The notes below the pieces were generated by a model. That model was given only the letters and a program-made list of their open reading frames with translations, searched no databases and was not told the DNA's origin. From Candidatus Bathyarchaeia archaeon (lineage in GTDB: Archaea > Thermoproteota > Bathyarchaeia > Bathyarchaeales > Bathycorpusculaceae), in the NCBI GenBank assembly GCA_038727135.1, contig JAVYWL010000002.1, positions 192,001 through 256,000 of the forward strand: a stretch of 64,000 bases of DNA. Reading direction: 5' to 3'. The position numbers and the translations under genes are program-made. This document shows, one piece after another, positions 38,942 through 48,006 of the stretch (its first letter is position 1; the number at the start of each line of letters is the position of its first letter).

Positions 38942-40108
38942 CTAATAGGATTTTGGCAGTCCCAAGACATGTTGCCCTATGAAAGCTAAAGCCATTTGAT
39001 GCGTAACCGGAGCCAGCCTAATGAGGTTTATTTCTCGCCACCACCTTTCCACGTCGTATTCCACGGCATAGCCGTATCCGCCAAAGGTCTGCATTGCATG
39101 GTAAACCGCCATAGTTCCAGCTTCAACGGCTGCTACTTTAGCCATGTTGGCTTCCGCCCCACATTCTTGTCCGCGGTCATAGAGCCATGCAGCCTTATAG
39201 TTTAGGAGTCTCGCAGCCTCGATTTTTGCCTTGGCTTCAGCTAGTGGGAACTGTATGGCTTGATGCGCTCCTATGGGCGCGTCGAAAACTCTTCTTTCTT
39301 TTGCGTATTCAACAGCCTTTTTGATGGCTAGTAGTCCTAAGCCGCATGCCGCCGCTGAAAAGGACATGCGCTCCGGGTTAAGCGTATCCAAAAGCAGGTA
39401 CCAGCCCTTTTCGGGTTCGCCTAAAACATTTTCCTGTGGAACCCGTAGGTCACTTATGTAAACCTCAAAGGTTTTTGAGTAATTTATTCCATGCTTCTCG
39501 ATGGGGATTATTTCAACGGCTGGATTTGGCAAATCCACAAGGAAAAGCGTCAAGCCCAAGGTTCTTTTGGGTGCTTTATCAATTGGTGTCGTTCTAGTGA
39601 CTAGAAGCATCCCTTTGGCTCTGTCCGCCCCAGATATGAAGATTTTCTGACCGTTAATCACGTATTCGCCATTTTGCTTAACAGCCATGGTTTTAATGTT
39701 TAGAGTGTTTGTCCCGGCATCCGGTTCTGTTAGGGCTAGGCAGAACTCCATCCCCTTTGCAATTTTTGGCAAGTACTTCTCTTTTTGGGCTTCGTTGCCG
39801 TGCTTCACTATGGATAGGCCGCCGAAAACCGCTGAAAGGCACAGAAACCATTCTCCAGCAAGCCCACAGCCCTCTGAAACTAGGGTTTCCATGGCCAGCA
39901 GCATTTCGAACATGCCCATTCCGCTTCCGCCATACTTTTCCGGGATAACTATGCCTGGGAAACCCGCGTCAACAAGGCTTTTCCAAAAGTCTTCTGGAAA
40001 CTCATGTTTCCGGTCTTTTTCACGCCAATATTCTGGGCCATAGTCTCGGGCAATTTCAGTGGCTGTTTCAACTATCATTTTCTGTTCCGAGGTTAATTCA
40101 AAATCCAT
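38942..40108 (-). CDS. Acyl-CoA dehydrogenase
   Basis: PEKYGG, LTEPDAG, NGQKIFIS, F..PIG..QAIQ, GGYGY..EY.VER. Confidence 0.93.
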   Translation of the reverse strand: MDFELTSEQKMIVETATEIARDYGPEYWREKDRKHEFPEDFWKSLVDAGFPGIVIPEKYGGSGMGMFEMLLAMETLVSEGCGLAGEWFLCLSAVFGGLSIVKHGNEAQKEKYLPKIAKGMEFCLALTEPDAGTNTLNIKTMAVKQNGEYVINGQKIFISGADRAKGMLLVTRTTPIDKAPKRTLGLTLFLVDLPNPAVEIIPIEKHGINYSKTFEVYISDLRVPQENVLGEPEKGWYLLLDTLNPERMSFSAAACGLGLLAIKKAVEYAKERRVFDAPIGAHQAIQFPLAEAKAKIEAARLLNYKAAWLYDRGQECGAEANMAKVAAVEAGTMAVYHAMQTFGGYGYAVEYDVERWWREINLIRLAPVTHQMALAFIGQHVLGLPKSY

Positions 40109-40200
40109 GATATCACAACCAGTCTCACATTTTCCAGAAGTCGCTATAAAATGCTTTCCTAGAGGAAATGCAAAACAAATTGAAAAAGAAGGGTTTACGC

Positions 40201-41010
40201 CTATTTACTTTGTCCGGGTCTTGGTATGTAAATTCCGTGGGGGTCTATGGCCCTTAAAATGGCTAGTTCTTCATATGTTGGCGGCTCTGTTGTTGGCACA
40301 TGCTCCGGTATAATCAAGTCGAATCCCGTGTTTTCCATAATTTCTTGTAGAGTAACTCCTGGATGGATGGTGGCAAGTCTAATCCTCTTTGTTTCTGGGT
40401 CGAAGTCCATTTGGCAGAGGTTTGTAACCACGAGGGATGGCCCACCGCCCAGCAAGCCAGCCTTTTCTCTTGCTCCTGGGCCGTCCAAATAGCCTGGACT
40501 TGTTAGGTAGTCGAGTTTCTTCACCATTTTCCGCTTTTCATGGGTCATTATTATGACTATGCGTTTTGCTGATGAAACTATGTCGTTTCCGCCGCCGCTC
40601 CCTGGAAGTCGCACGGTTGGGTGTTCGAAGTCGCCTATATATGTAGTGTTTATATTTCCATACTCGTCTATTTGGGCGGCTCCCACAAAGCCAACATCCA
40701 CGTGTCCGCCTTGAAGAAGAAGTCCCAACGTTTCGATTAGGCCTATGGCTGCTGAAGCCCTATAACCAAGCCTAGAGTCGGCTATTGATAGGGCTATGTC
40801 TATGGCGTTTGAGTCTATGAAGCCAGCCTCATAAACTATTTTGGCCTTGGGCGCATGGGTTCTTTTTGCAAGCATCGCGGCTATCATGGGCAAGCCTGTT
40901 CCAACGAAAACTACTTCGCCATTTTTTATGGCCCTAGCTCCACAAACTGCCATAAGCTCGAGAGTTGTGAACTCGCCAGGTTTTGCATAATTCTTCTTTT
41001 CCATAGGCAT
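40201..41010 (-). CDS. Family I CoA-transferase beta subunit (GctB-like)
   Basis: FVGTGLP, YEAG, AQID.YGNIN, RLPGSGG. Confidence 0.87.
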   Translation of the reverse strand: MPMEKKNYAKPGEFTTLELMAVCGARAIKNGEVVFVGTGLPMIAAMLAKRTHAPKAKIVYEAGFIDSNAIDIALSIADSRLGYRASAAIGLIETLGLLLQGGHVDVGFVGAAQIDEYGNINTTYIGDFEHPTVRLPGSGGGNDIVSSAKRIVIIMTHEKRKMVKKLDYLTSPGYLDGPGAREKAGLLGGGPSLVVTNLCQMDFDPETKRIRLATIHPGVTLQEIMENTGFDLIIPEHVPTTEPPTYEELAILRAIDPHGIYIPRPGQSK

Positions 41011-41018
41011 TTCACCCC

Positions 41019-41930
41019 CTAATATGGGAAGGGTTTTTTGGCTCTAAGCTTTAGGAGGCGTTCCATACCTATCTTCTTGAGGAACTCCATGTGGTCCTCA
41101 ACTCCAGTGATGTATTCTTCGCAGTATTTTTGCCATCCCTCCTCTGTTTTGCACTGCTGGTAGTACATACGCACATGTTCCATGTCATAGTCGTAGTAGT
41201 TGTAAACCATCATTGGGTATGCTCCCCACGGGCATTCCACAACGTAGTCCACGTAAATGTTTGGAATCGCCGTCTGGTCTGGTTGTGAACGTATGAATTC
41301 TGTGTCAACTATTTCTTCGGCTAAAACAATCACTTTTTTGCCAGCCCTCGCGCCCTCCACGTCCTCGCCTTTAATGCCGTCTATTTGGGCGTTGCCTTCC
41401 CTATCCACACGGGAGACATGCACAATGCTGAAGTCTGGACGCACAGACGGAACAAGCACAACCTTCTCGCCTGTGAAGGGGCAATTTATGACTTCCGCCT
41501 TTTTAGGTTTGAATTTTGTTTTTGTAAGGAGGTCTGTTCCAAGCATGCTTTTCAAGGGCATGAATGGGACGCCAAGCGCCCCGCCAAGAAAGCGCAGAGC
41601 CATAGCCAAATTCGTATAATCTTCAATTTGAACAGCGCCTTCGCGTATTCTCCGCTGGATGTTTGGAGCCAACCCTATACCCTCTATCGCGAAAAAAGCT
41701 AGTTCAAAATGGGAAACCACATATGCCCCTGCAAGTATGTCAATGTCCATCTCTGAACCACATGTGTAAATTGTTAGGTTTCGCTTTTTCTGCCTCACAA
41801 GCTCGTGGGCGAAAGCCATTGGCGGTCTCTGGAAGCCGAAGCCTCCCCAGAAGAGATGCGCCCCATCAGGAATTAGTTTCGCCGCCTCTTTAAGGGTTAT
41901 CCGCTTATCCTCCACCGGCGCCTCCACCAA
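41019..41930 (-). CDS. Family I CoA-transferase alpha subunit (GctA-like)
   Basis: GGF, GALGVPF.P, CPFTG, D..GN, VVECPWGAYP; start after GAGGTG. Confidence 0.87.
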   Translation of the reverse strand: MVEAPVEDKRITLKEAAKLIPDGAHLFWGGFGFQRPPMAFAHELVRQKKRNLTIYTCGSEMDIDILAGAYVVSHFELAFFAIEGIGLAPNIQRRIREGAVQIEDYTNLAMALRFLGGALGVPFMPLKSMLGTDLLTKTKFKPKKAEVINCPFTGEKVVLVPSVRPDFSIVHVSRVDREGNAQIDGIKGEDVEGARAGKKVIVLAEEIVDTEFIRSQPDQTAIPNIYVDYVVECPWGAYPMMVYNYYDYDMEHVRMYYQQCKTEEGWQKYCEEYITGVEDHMEFLKKIGMERLLKLRAKKPFPY

Positions 41931-41987
41931 CAAAGACACCTCTAATACTATTTTATGTTCCAAATTTAAATCTTCGAAGACTTCGAT

Positions 41988-42532
41988 TTAAAGTTCTAGA
42001 GGAACACCATAGGATTCTTTGAAGAATATTTCGTTGAAGGCTTTTCTAGGTCTTGCTGGAGGTTCTTCGTCTGGAACACCTATTGGAAGCAATGCTATGA
42101 CGGCTAAATCCTCTGGAACTTTAAGAATCTTTTTAACCTCTTTCTCATCGAAGGCTCCAATTCAGCATGTTCCATATCCTAGGGCTGTGGCAGCCAAAAC
42201 CATATGCTCAATTGCAATCATGGGGTCTTGCTTGTACGGTATCCTAGTTGCTGAAAGCGTGTATGGAAGTTTCACTGGTGACGCTTTTGGATCTCCTAAG
42301 GCAACGATGACCGCGTCAGCATTCGCTATAAACATTTGATTATTTGCTGCGGTGGCCAAGGCTTTTTTCGTTTCTCCTTCTCTTACAATTATAAAGTACC
42401 ATGGTTGGCGGTTTCCACCAGAAGGAGCTAAGCGTCCAGCCTCGAGAATTTTCTTTAAATCCTCATTGGGTATCGGATTGGGCTTAACTTCCTTATGCTT
42501 CTCCTTTTCTTTACGGCTTCAAACAAATCCAA
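41988..42532 (-). pseudogene. Nitroreductase family pseudogene (1-nt deletion plus premature TGA)
   Basis: MDLFEAVKKRRSIRK, then a frameshift at about 42486 (AAG TT AAG CCC instead of KFKP), APSGGNRQPW, and TGA at 42162-42164 in place of Trp in GTC(W)IGAF; frame continues to TAA at 41988. Confidence 0.85.
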
Positions 42533-42642
42533 TTTGTTCCCTCCTTCAGCCTTGTTAGGCTTTGAATGCTGAATTCTTATATAAGTGCTTGCGGAATAAC
42601 AAGATGCGTCTGCGCTCGTTTACTTGTTGGAATGTGGTGTTC

Positions 42643-43974
42643 ATGCGGAAAACAATCTTCAAGAAACTTGAGGCTCAAGGTTTAATAGCCAACTACAACC
42701 GTTTGAGGAAAAACCTACCGCCGAGGCTTCCAGAAAGAGTTTATATTTGGGATGAAACTTTGAGGGAAGGTGTTGAAACCCCAACAGTTTTCTTGACCTA
42801 TGTGGAGAAGGTTAAATTGGCAAAGCTTTTGGATGAGGCTGGTGTTTCCATTATAACGGTTGGTTTTCCGGCGCTTTCAGATGAGGAAAAGAACACTGTT
42901 AGGAGGATAGCCAACGAGGGTTTCCAGCAAGCCAGCATAGCCGCCTCAGCGAGAGCCACTAAAAGCGACGTAGACGTGTGCCTTGACTGCGGCGTTAAGG
43001 AAATCGTCATCTTCACGCCCTTCAATGGGCTTAACCTCCAGTATAGGCTTAAAATGTCAAAAGAGCAGGTTCTAAAAAACACTGTGGAGTGCATTGAATA
43101 TGCCAAAAGGCACGGTGTAACCGTCAACTTCGTTTTGGAAGACGCTTCAAGAACGCCTTTGCCGGACATCCTGCAAATTTTTGAAGCTGCCGTGAAGGCT
43201 GGTGCTGACAGGCTTGTGATTGCCGACACCGTTGGCTTTTTAAGACCTTTGTCTACGCGTTATCTTATTTCCCATGTGAGGGATGGACTTCAACAAGCAC
43301 TAGGGAAGGATATTACACTCTCTATCCATTGCCACAACGATTTCGGATTAGCCACAGCAAACACCTTGGCAGCCGTTGAGGAGGGCGTAGCCTACGTGCA
43401 CGCATGCCTTGTAGGTTTCGGCGAGAGGGCTGGTGTAGCCCCCTTAGAGGAGGTTGTTGCCGCCCTAGAACTTCTATACGACATAGATACGGGCGTTGAC
43501 ATGAAGAAGCTTTATAGGCTTGCCCAACAAGCGGAGAAAAGCTTCGCCTTGCCAATACAGTTCCATAAGCCAATTGTTGGCGAAAACGCCTTCTCCTACG
43601 AGGTTGACGAGCACGTCGAGGGAATGCTTGCCCACCCACTGCTTTTTGAGCCTTTTCCGCCTGAAATGATTGAGAGGGAAACACAGTTCTACATAGGGAG
43701 AACTGGTGGAAGACGCCTCGTTGAAAAGAGGCTTGAAATGGCGGGTATAAAGGCTACACCGTGGCAGATTGACGAAATAGTCAGAAGGATAAGAAGCTTG
43801 CAAGAAAGCCTAGACAAGGGCGGAACACAAATGACCTTCTACCAAATCAAGAAGCTTATGAAGGAACTTCGCAGAGGCTTAACCGAAGAGGATTTCTGGC
43901 GCATAGTTGAGCAGGTTACGAGACAAAAGCCGAAAATTCCACAGCAGCCCTTGCTAGAGGCAAAAGGACCCTAA
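42643..43974 (+). CDS. DRE-TIM metallolyase, isopropylmalate/homocitrate synthase (LeuA) family, divergent
   Basis: DETLREG, EDASR, IADTVG, HCHNDFGLATAN, GERAG. Confidence 0.8.
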   Translation: MRKTIFKKLEAQGLIANYNRLRKNLPPRLPERVYIWDETLREGVETPTVFLTYVEKVKLAKLLDEAGVSIITVGFPALSDEEKNTVRRIANEGFQQASIAASARATKSDVDVCLDCGVKEIVIFTPFNGLNLQYRLKMSKEQVLKNTVECIEYAKRHGVTVNFVLEDASRTPLPDILQIFEAAVKAGADRLVIADTVGFLRPLSTRYLISHVRDGLQQALGKDITLSIHCHNDFGLATANTLAAVEEGVAYVHACLVGFGERAGVAPLEEVVAALELLYDIDTGVDMKKLYRLAQQAEKSFALPIQFHKPIVGENAFSYEVDEHVEGMLAHPLLFEPFPPEMIERETQFYIGRTGGRRLVEKRLEMAGIKATPWQIDEIVRRIRSLQESLDKGGTQMTFYQIKKLMKELRRGLTEEDFWRIVEQVTRQKPKIPQQPLLEAKGP

Positions 43975-44975
43975 GTTAAGGCTAGTTCTTCAAAAACCTT
44001 TGCTATTTCTTCCATGCTTAATGGTCTCGGATAGTTGTAGATTGGACCGCTTGGCTTTTCATTGTAGTATGGGCGGTTGCAGTATGGACATCCAGAAGTC
44101 CTAAAGGGTTCGCCAGAACCAATAATTTGCTTCAATGCCTGTTTATCTACGCCAAAACCTGTTATGCAACCATTTTCGTCAAAGGTCATGGCTTCAACCC
44201 TTGAAATTTTGTGGAAGATTAAATGTCTGGCCAGCTGCACCCGTCTGTACTGTTGGATTGGCGGCTGCCCTAAACTTTCTAGGGCTGTTCCAGCGACTGG
44301 TGTAAAAGCAAAGAGGGCTGGCAAAACACCCATATCAACGCATCTTTGAATCATCTCCACCATTTCCCTTTCAGACTCGCCTAAACCAACGATTAGGTGA
44401 GTGCTGACTTTTCCCTCCCCAAAAACCTTCACAGCTTCCTTGAGCAGCTCCAGCTGCCTCTCCATATCGTAGGGCCCGCCAGCAGAGGCCCCCTTAACCT
44501 TGTCAAAAATTTCCGGAGTTGCCGCATCCAATGGTATGCCTATTCTTTCAACGCCGGCCTCTGCCAAACGCCTTATGTTTTCTGGGCTTATGGGCTGGCA
44601 TGAAACAGATATTGGGACGCTCACGCGTTTGGAGATTTCCCTTGCAAGTGCTTGGATATGCTCATGGACTTGTGGATAGTTTAGGGCTTGTATGCATACG
44701 CGCCTAATTCTGCCACCTTTTGCGGACGCTTCTATTCCATCGAGTACTCGTCTTGTGCTGAAGGCTGGCCACGTAACCCTTGAGAGCATGTCGGCTCTGC
44801 TGTGGCTTTTTCTTGCTTGGGGACAGAACCCGCAGTTGGCTAGGCACCTCCCACGCCTATACGTCATTAGATAGGCTGTTGTTGGTTTAGCGTCAAGTCT
44901 ACCGCTAGTTAGTCCTAAAACTATGGCTGAGCCTAGTGAAACACGAATCCTATTTGGAATTCTCGCGGCTGTCAA
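43971..44975 (-). CDS. lipS2: Radical SAM protein, archaeal lipoyl synthase component LipS2-like
   Basis: CLANCGFC, C-terminal TSGCPYCNRP. Confidence 0.78.
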   Translation of the reverse strand: MTAARIPNRIRVSLGSAIVLGLTSGRLDAKPTTAYLMTYRRGRCLANCGFCPQARKSHSRADMLSRVTWPAFSTRRVLDGIEASAKGGRIRRVCIQALNYPQVHEHIQALAREISKRVSVPISVSCQPISPENIRRLAEAGVERIGIPLDAATPEIFDKVKGASAGGPYDMERQLELLKEAVKVFGEGKVSTHLIVGLGESEREMVEMIQRCVDMGVLPALFAFTPVAGTALESLGQPPIQQYRRVQLARHLIFHKISRVEAMTFDENGCITGFGVDKQALKQIIGSGEPFRTSGCPYCNRPYYNEKPSGPIYNYPRPLSMEEIAKVFEELALT

Positions 44976-45082
44976 AGGTTTTCACATTTTGTTAGCGTTT
45001 CAGATGTCTTTCTGCTATTGATTCTGAATTCATAAGTATTATTATCATTATCGTTGTCAAACCATTTCGAGTGTGAAGAAGT

Positions 45083-45415
45083 TTGCGAAGGTCCAAGCTT
45101 GAAAACTATGAGGCCATATTGGCAGCCTTGGCTAAAAGACCCTTAACAGTTGACAGCATAGCCTACAAAACTAACATGGATTGCACCGTTCTTGGGCAGT
45201 ACTTGGAATCCTTAATGAGGAACGGGCTAGTTGTGGAGAAAATCACTAGCAAAAAGAAGCTTTACGCCATAACCGAGAGAGGCTTGTCGGTTTTCAGAAC
45301 CCTAAGCTTCCAGAGGTATCTGGAGAAAATAGCCAAAACAATTAAGGCTGTTAACACTTTGGAAACAGCACCAACTCCGACCATATCGAGCAATGAAGAA
45401 GAAAATAAAAGTTAA
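45083..45415 (+). CDS. Winged-helix transcriptional regulator
   Basis: RRSKLE...IL, Y.ITERG pattern. Confidence 0.75.
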   Translation: MRRSKLENYEAILAALAKRPLTVDSIAYKTNMDCTVLGQYLESLMRNGLVVEKITSKKKLYAITERGLSVFRTLSFQRYLEKIAKTIKAVNTLETAPTPTISSNEEENKS

Positions 45416-45472
45416 GTTGCAGACGTCAGCGAAAGTTATTAAGGCTCTTCTAGGGCTTTAGTAGAGAGGAAA

Positions 45473-46465
45473 ATGGCACAATTCACTCCAGAAATCATTT
45501 GGCAGATGAACAAAGAAGAGTTCTCAAAACTTTTAGAAAACAACGCCTTCCGTTCTGAAAGGAGAAGCGTTTGCTTTTATGCTCCAAGCTTCACATACTA
45601 TAAGACGGCTTACTTCTGCTCTTCACCCAAGGATTTTCCAACAATCTCCGTGACAGGGAAGGGCTGCGCATTAAACTGTAAACACTGTGGCGGAAAAGTT
45701 CTCGAAACCATGCGTCCGGCTAGAACCCCGGAAGAGCTTTACAATTTGTGTGCAAAGCTTAAGGCAGATGGAGCTGTCGGCTGCCTAATCAGTGGCGGCT
45801 GCCTACCAGACGGTTCTGTTCCACTGGATAGCTTCACAGAAGCCATTAGGCGGGTTAAGGCTGATTTTGGCTTGAAAATTTTTGCGCATGTCGGAATTGT
45901 GAACTATGAAAAGGCTGTAAAGCTTAAGGAAGCCTGTGTTGACGCCGCCCTAATCGATGTTATTGGGGATAATGAAACAATACGGGAAATTTACAACTTG
46001 AAAGTTACAGTTAGGGATTATGAAGACGCGTTAAAGGCGTTAAGTCAGTCCGGCTTGTGTTTCGTTCCCCACGTAATTGTTGGGCTTCATTATGGACGGT
46101 TGAAAGGGGAATTTTACGCCTTACAGATGATTTCCAAATATAAGCCATCAGCCCTAGTCGTAATCGCTTTCATGCCCATACACGGCACAATAATGGAGAA
46201 TGTGAAACCGCCAGAACCGATGGAAATAGCTAAAGTTCTAGCCACTGCAAGGGTTATGTTTCCAAAAATTCCGATAGCTTTAGGTTGCATGCGACCAAAG
46301 GGCAAGCAAAGAGCAGAAACAGACACCTTAGCCATAAAAGCTGGTGCTGACGCCATAGCCTTTCCATCCGAAGAAGCCATAAAATACGCCAAGGCACAAA
46401 GCTACGGGATAAGTTTTTCATCCCACTGTTGCGCGCAGATTTACGCTGACATTTTAAGGGTGTGA
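45473..46465 (+). CDS. lipS1: Radical SAM protein, archaeal lipoyl synthase component LipS1-like
   Basis: CALNCKHC, LISGG, LGCMRP, C-terminal CC. Confidence 0.78.
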   Translation: MAQFTPEIIWQMNKEEFSKLLENNAFRSERRSVCFYAPSFTYYKTAYFCSSPKDFPTISVTGKGCALNCKHCGGKVLETMRPARTPEELYNLCAKLKADGAVGCLISGGCLPDGSVPLDSFTEAIRRVKADFGLKIFAHVGIVNYEKAVKLKEACVDAALIDVIGDNETIREIYNLKVTVRDYEDALKALSQSGLCFVPHVIVGLHYGRLKGEFYALQMISKYKPSALVVIAFMPIHGTIMENVKPPEPMEIAKVLATARVMFPKIPIALGCMRPKGKQRAETDTLAIKAGADAIAFPSEEAIKYAKAQSYGISFSSHCCAQIYADILRV

Positions 46466-46570
46466 TGCACATATCCTATTTATCGTTGATAAGGCATTCG
46501 TTGTTTGCAGTTTTGTGGAAAGTATTAAATGTGGGCGCATCCAGAATTTATGGTTAAGGTTGATGTGTGC

Positions 46571-46774
46571 ATGCCGAAAGTTAAGGTTGACTGGAGTAAG
46601 TGCAACGGCGACGGCGTCTGTGTTGAAATCTGCCCAGTAAATGTTTTCGAACTCAAGAAGTTGCCAGAATATCCGGACACTCAGAAGTCTGTTCCCGTTA
46701 GGGAGGGCGACTGCATAGCTTGTATGGCTTGTGTGACATCTTGCCCAACGCAAGCGATAACTGTTGAAGAGTGA
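46571..46774 (+). CDS. Small ferredoxin (two Fe-S binding motifs)
   Basis: CNGDGVCVEICP and CIACMACVTSCP. Confidence 0.9.
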   Translation: MPKVKVDWSKCNGDGVCVEICPVNVFELKKLPEYPDTQKSVPVREGDCIACMACVTSCPTQAITVEE

Positions 46775-46931
46775 AGGCGCTGCTAAAACTTGCGCTTGGT
46801 TCCTCTCACGAAGAAGTATTTTCTATACTGTTTAAACCAAACCTTTTCGTAAACGTGGATTGCAGGGGCATTTTCATGCTTTTCTAAGCAGAAATGAAGT
46901 AGGCATTTTTAAGATTTTTCAGTGGTTGAGG

Positions 46932-47873
46932 CTAAGTTATGTGGTTGAATGTTTCTAGGGTGAAGGCTGCTGCGGCTATAGCCAGCATGAGTATGCTCCA
47001 TGCTCTTGTTATTTTGTGGCTTCGTCTATTCATGATGAACAAGATGAGAGTTACGATAATCATGAACGGGACTGTTGTTAAAATCTCCTGCAGTGTTACC
47101 GGGAAAGACTTTATCAGTGCGACTATTCCGAAAACCAGCGTGGCCGTTATAATGTTGTCGCCTATAACGTTGCCTATGGATATTTCTTGTTCGCCGTGGA
47201 GGGCTGCGGCCACTGAAACGGCTGTTTCTGGGATTACGCAGCCTAAAGCCATTATTGTTAGTCCTGCGTAGAAGTGGCTTAAGCCGAAAATTTCAGCCAT
47301 GGCTGTGGCGCTGTAAACGAGCAGAAAAGTACCGGCTATTAGGGCGGTGCCGCCAAGAATCATTATGGCTGCTGGTTTGGCGGTGCTTTCTTTTGTTTGG
47401 TCTGTGAGGTTTCCGTTGCCGTTCCCCTTTCGTATGGAGTAGTAGATGAAGGCTGGATAAAGTGCCAAGAAGATTAGTCCGATCCACCATGTCACTGTGC
47501 CAGTAGCCATTGTCAGCAGCATTAGTAGGGCGGCTAGGCCTATCATGAGGAGGCATTCCTTGTTGATGGTGGAGTTTTTCATTTTGAACTCGCCGATTAA
47601 GCCGCATATGCCTATTATTAGGGGGACGTTGTAGATGTTTGAGCCTATTATGTTGCCGAAGGCCATCTGTGAAGAGCTGAAAACGGCTGCGAAGAGTGAG
47701 CTGAAAAGTTCTGGGGCTGATGTTACGGAGGCTACGAAAACTGTTCCTACGACGACTTTATGGAGGTTTAGACTGTTGGCTAGGCGTGCGGCTGCATCCA
47801 CTATCTTTTTTGAGCCGACATAGAGGAGCAGCAGACTCGCTATGAAGGCTGCTACGCTTAATGGTAGGTTCAT
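46932..47873 (-). CDS. Sodium/calcium exchanger (CaCA, YrbG-like)
   Basis: TSAPE, GNIIGSNIYN, second repeat IPE, GNVIGDNI. Confidence 0.88.
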   Translation of the reverse strand: MNLPLSVAAFIASLLLLYVGSKKIVDAAARLANSLNLHKVVVGTVFVASVTSAPELFSSLFAAVFSSSQMAFGNIIGSNIYNVPLIIGICGLIGEFKMKNSTINKECLLMIGLAALLMLLTMATGTVTWWIGLIFLALYPAFIYYSIRKGNGNGNLTDQTKESTAKPAAIMILGGTALIAGTFLLVYSATAMAEIFGLSHFYAGLTIMALGCVIPETAVSVAAALHGEQEISIGNVIGDNIITATLVFGIVALIKSFPVTLQEILTTVPFMIIVTLILFIMNRRSHKITRAWSILMLAIAAAAFTLETFNHIT

Positions 47874-48006
47874 ATGCAATCCTTAGCATTTTTGTTATCA
47901 TTTTCCCATCACACTTCAAAAACGGAGATATAAACCTATCTGGACTTTAAGCCTTATATCAAGCATGAACCAAGCATGCCTTAAACAAAAACTCAGGCAT
48001 GAAATT

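Noticed and set aside
41965-41992. Inverted repeat TTTAAATC-N12-GATTTAAA upstream of the CoA-transferase genes
   Set aside because: AT-rich and built from TATA-like words; could be an operator, but not distinguishable from chance by eye
42162-42164. In-frame TGA after Cys as selenocysteine
   Set aside because: The position is the conserved Trp of the nitroreductase GTCWIG motif, and the gene also has a frameshift
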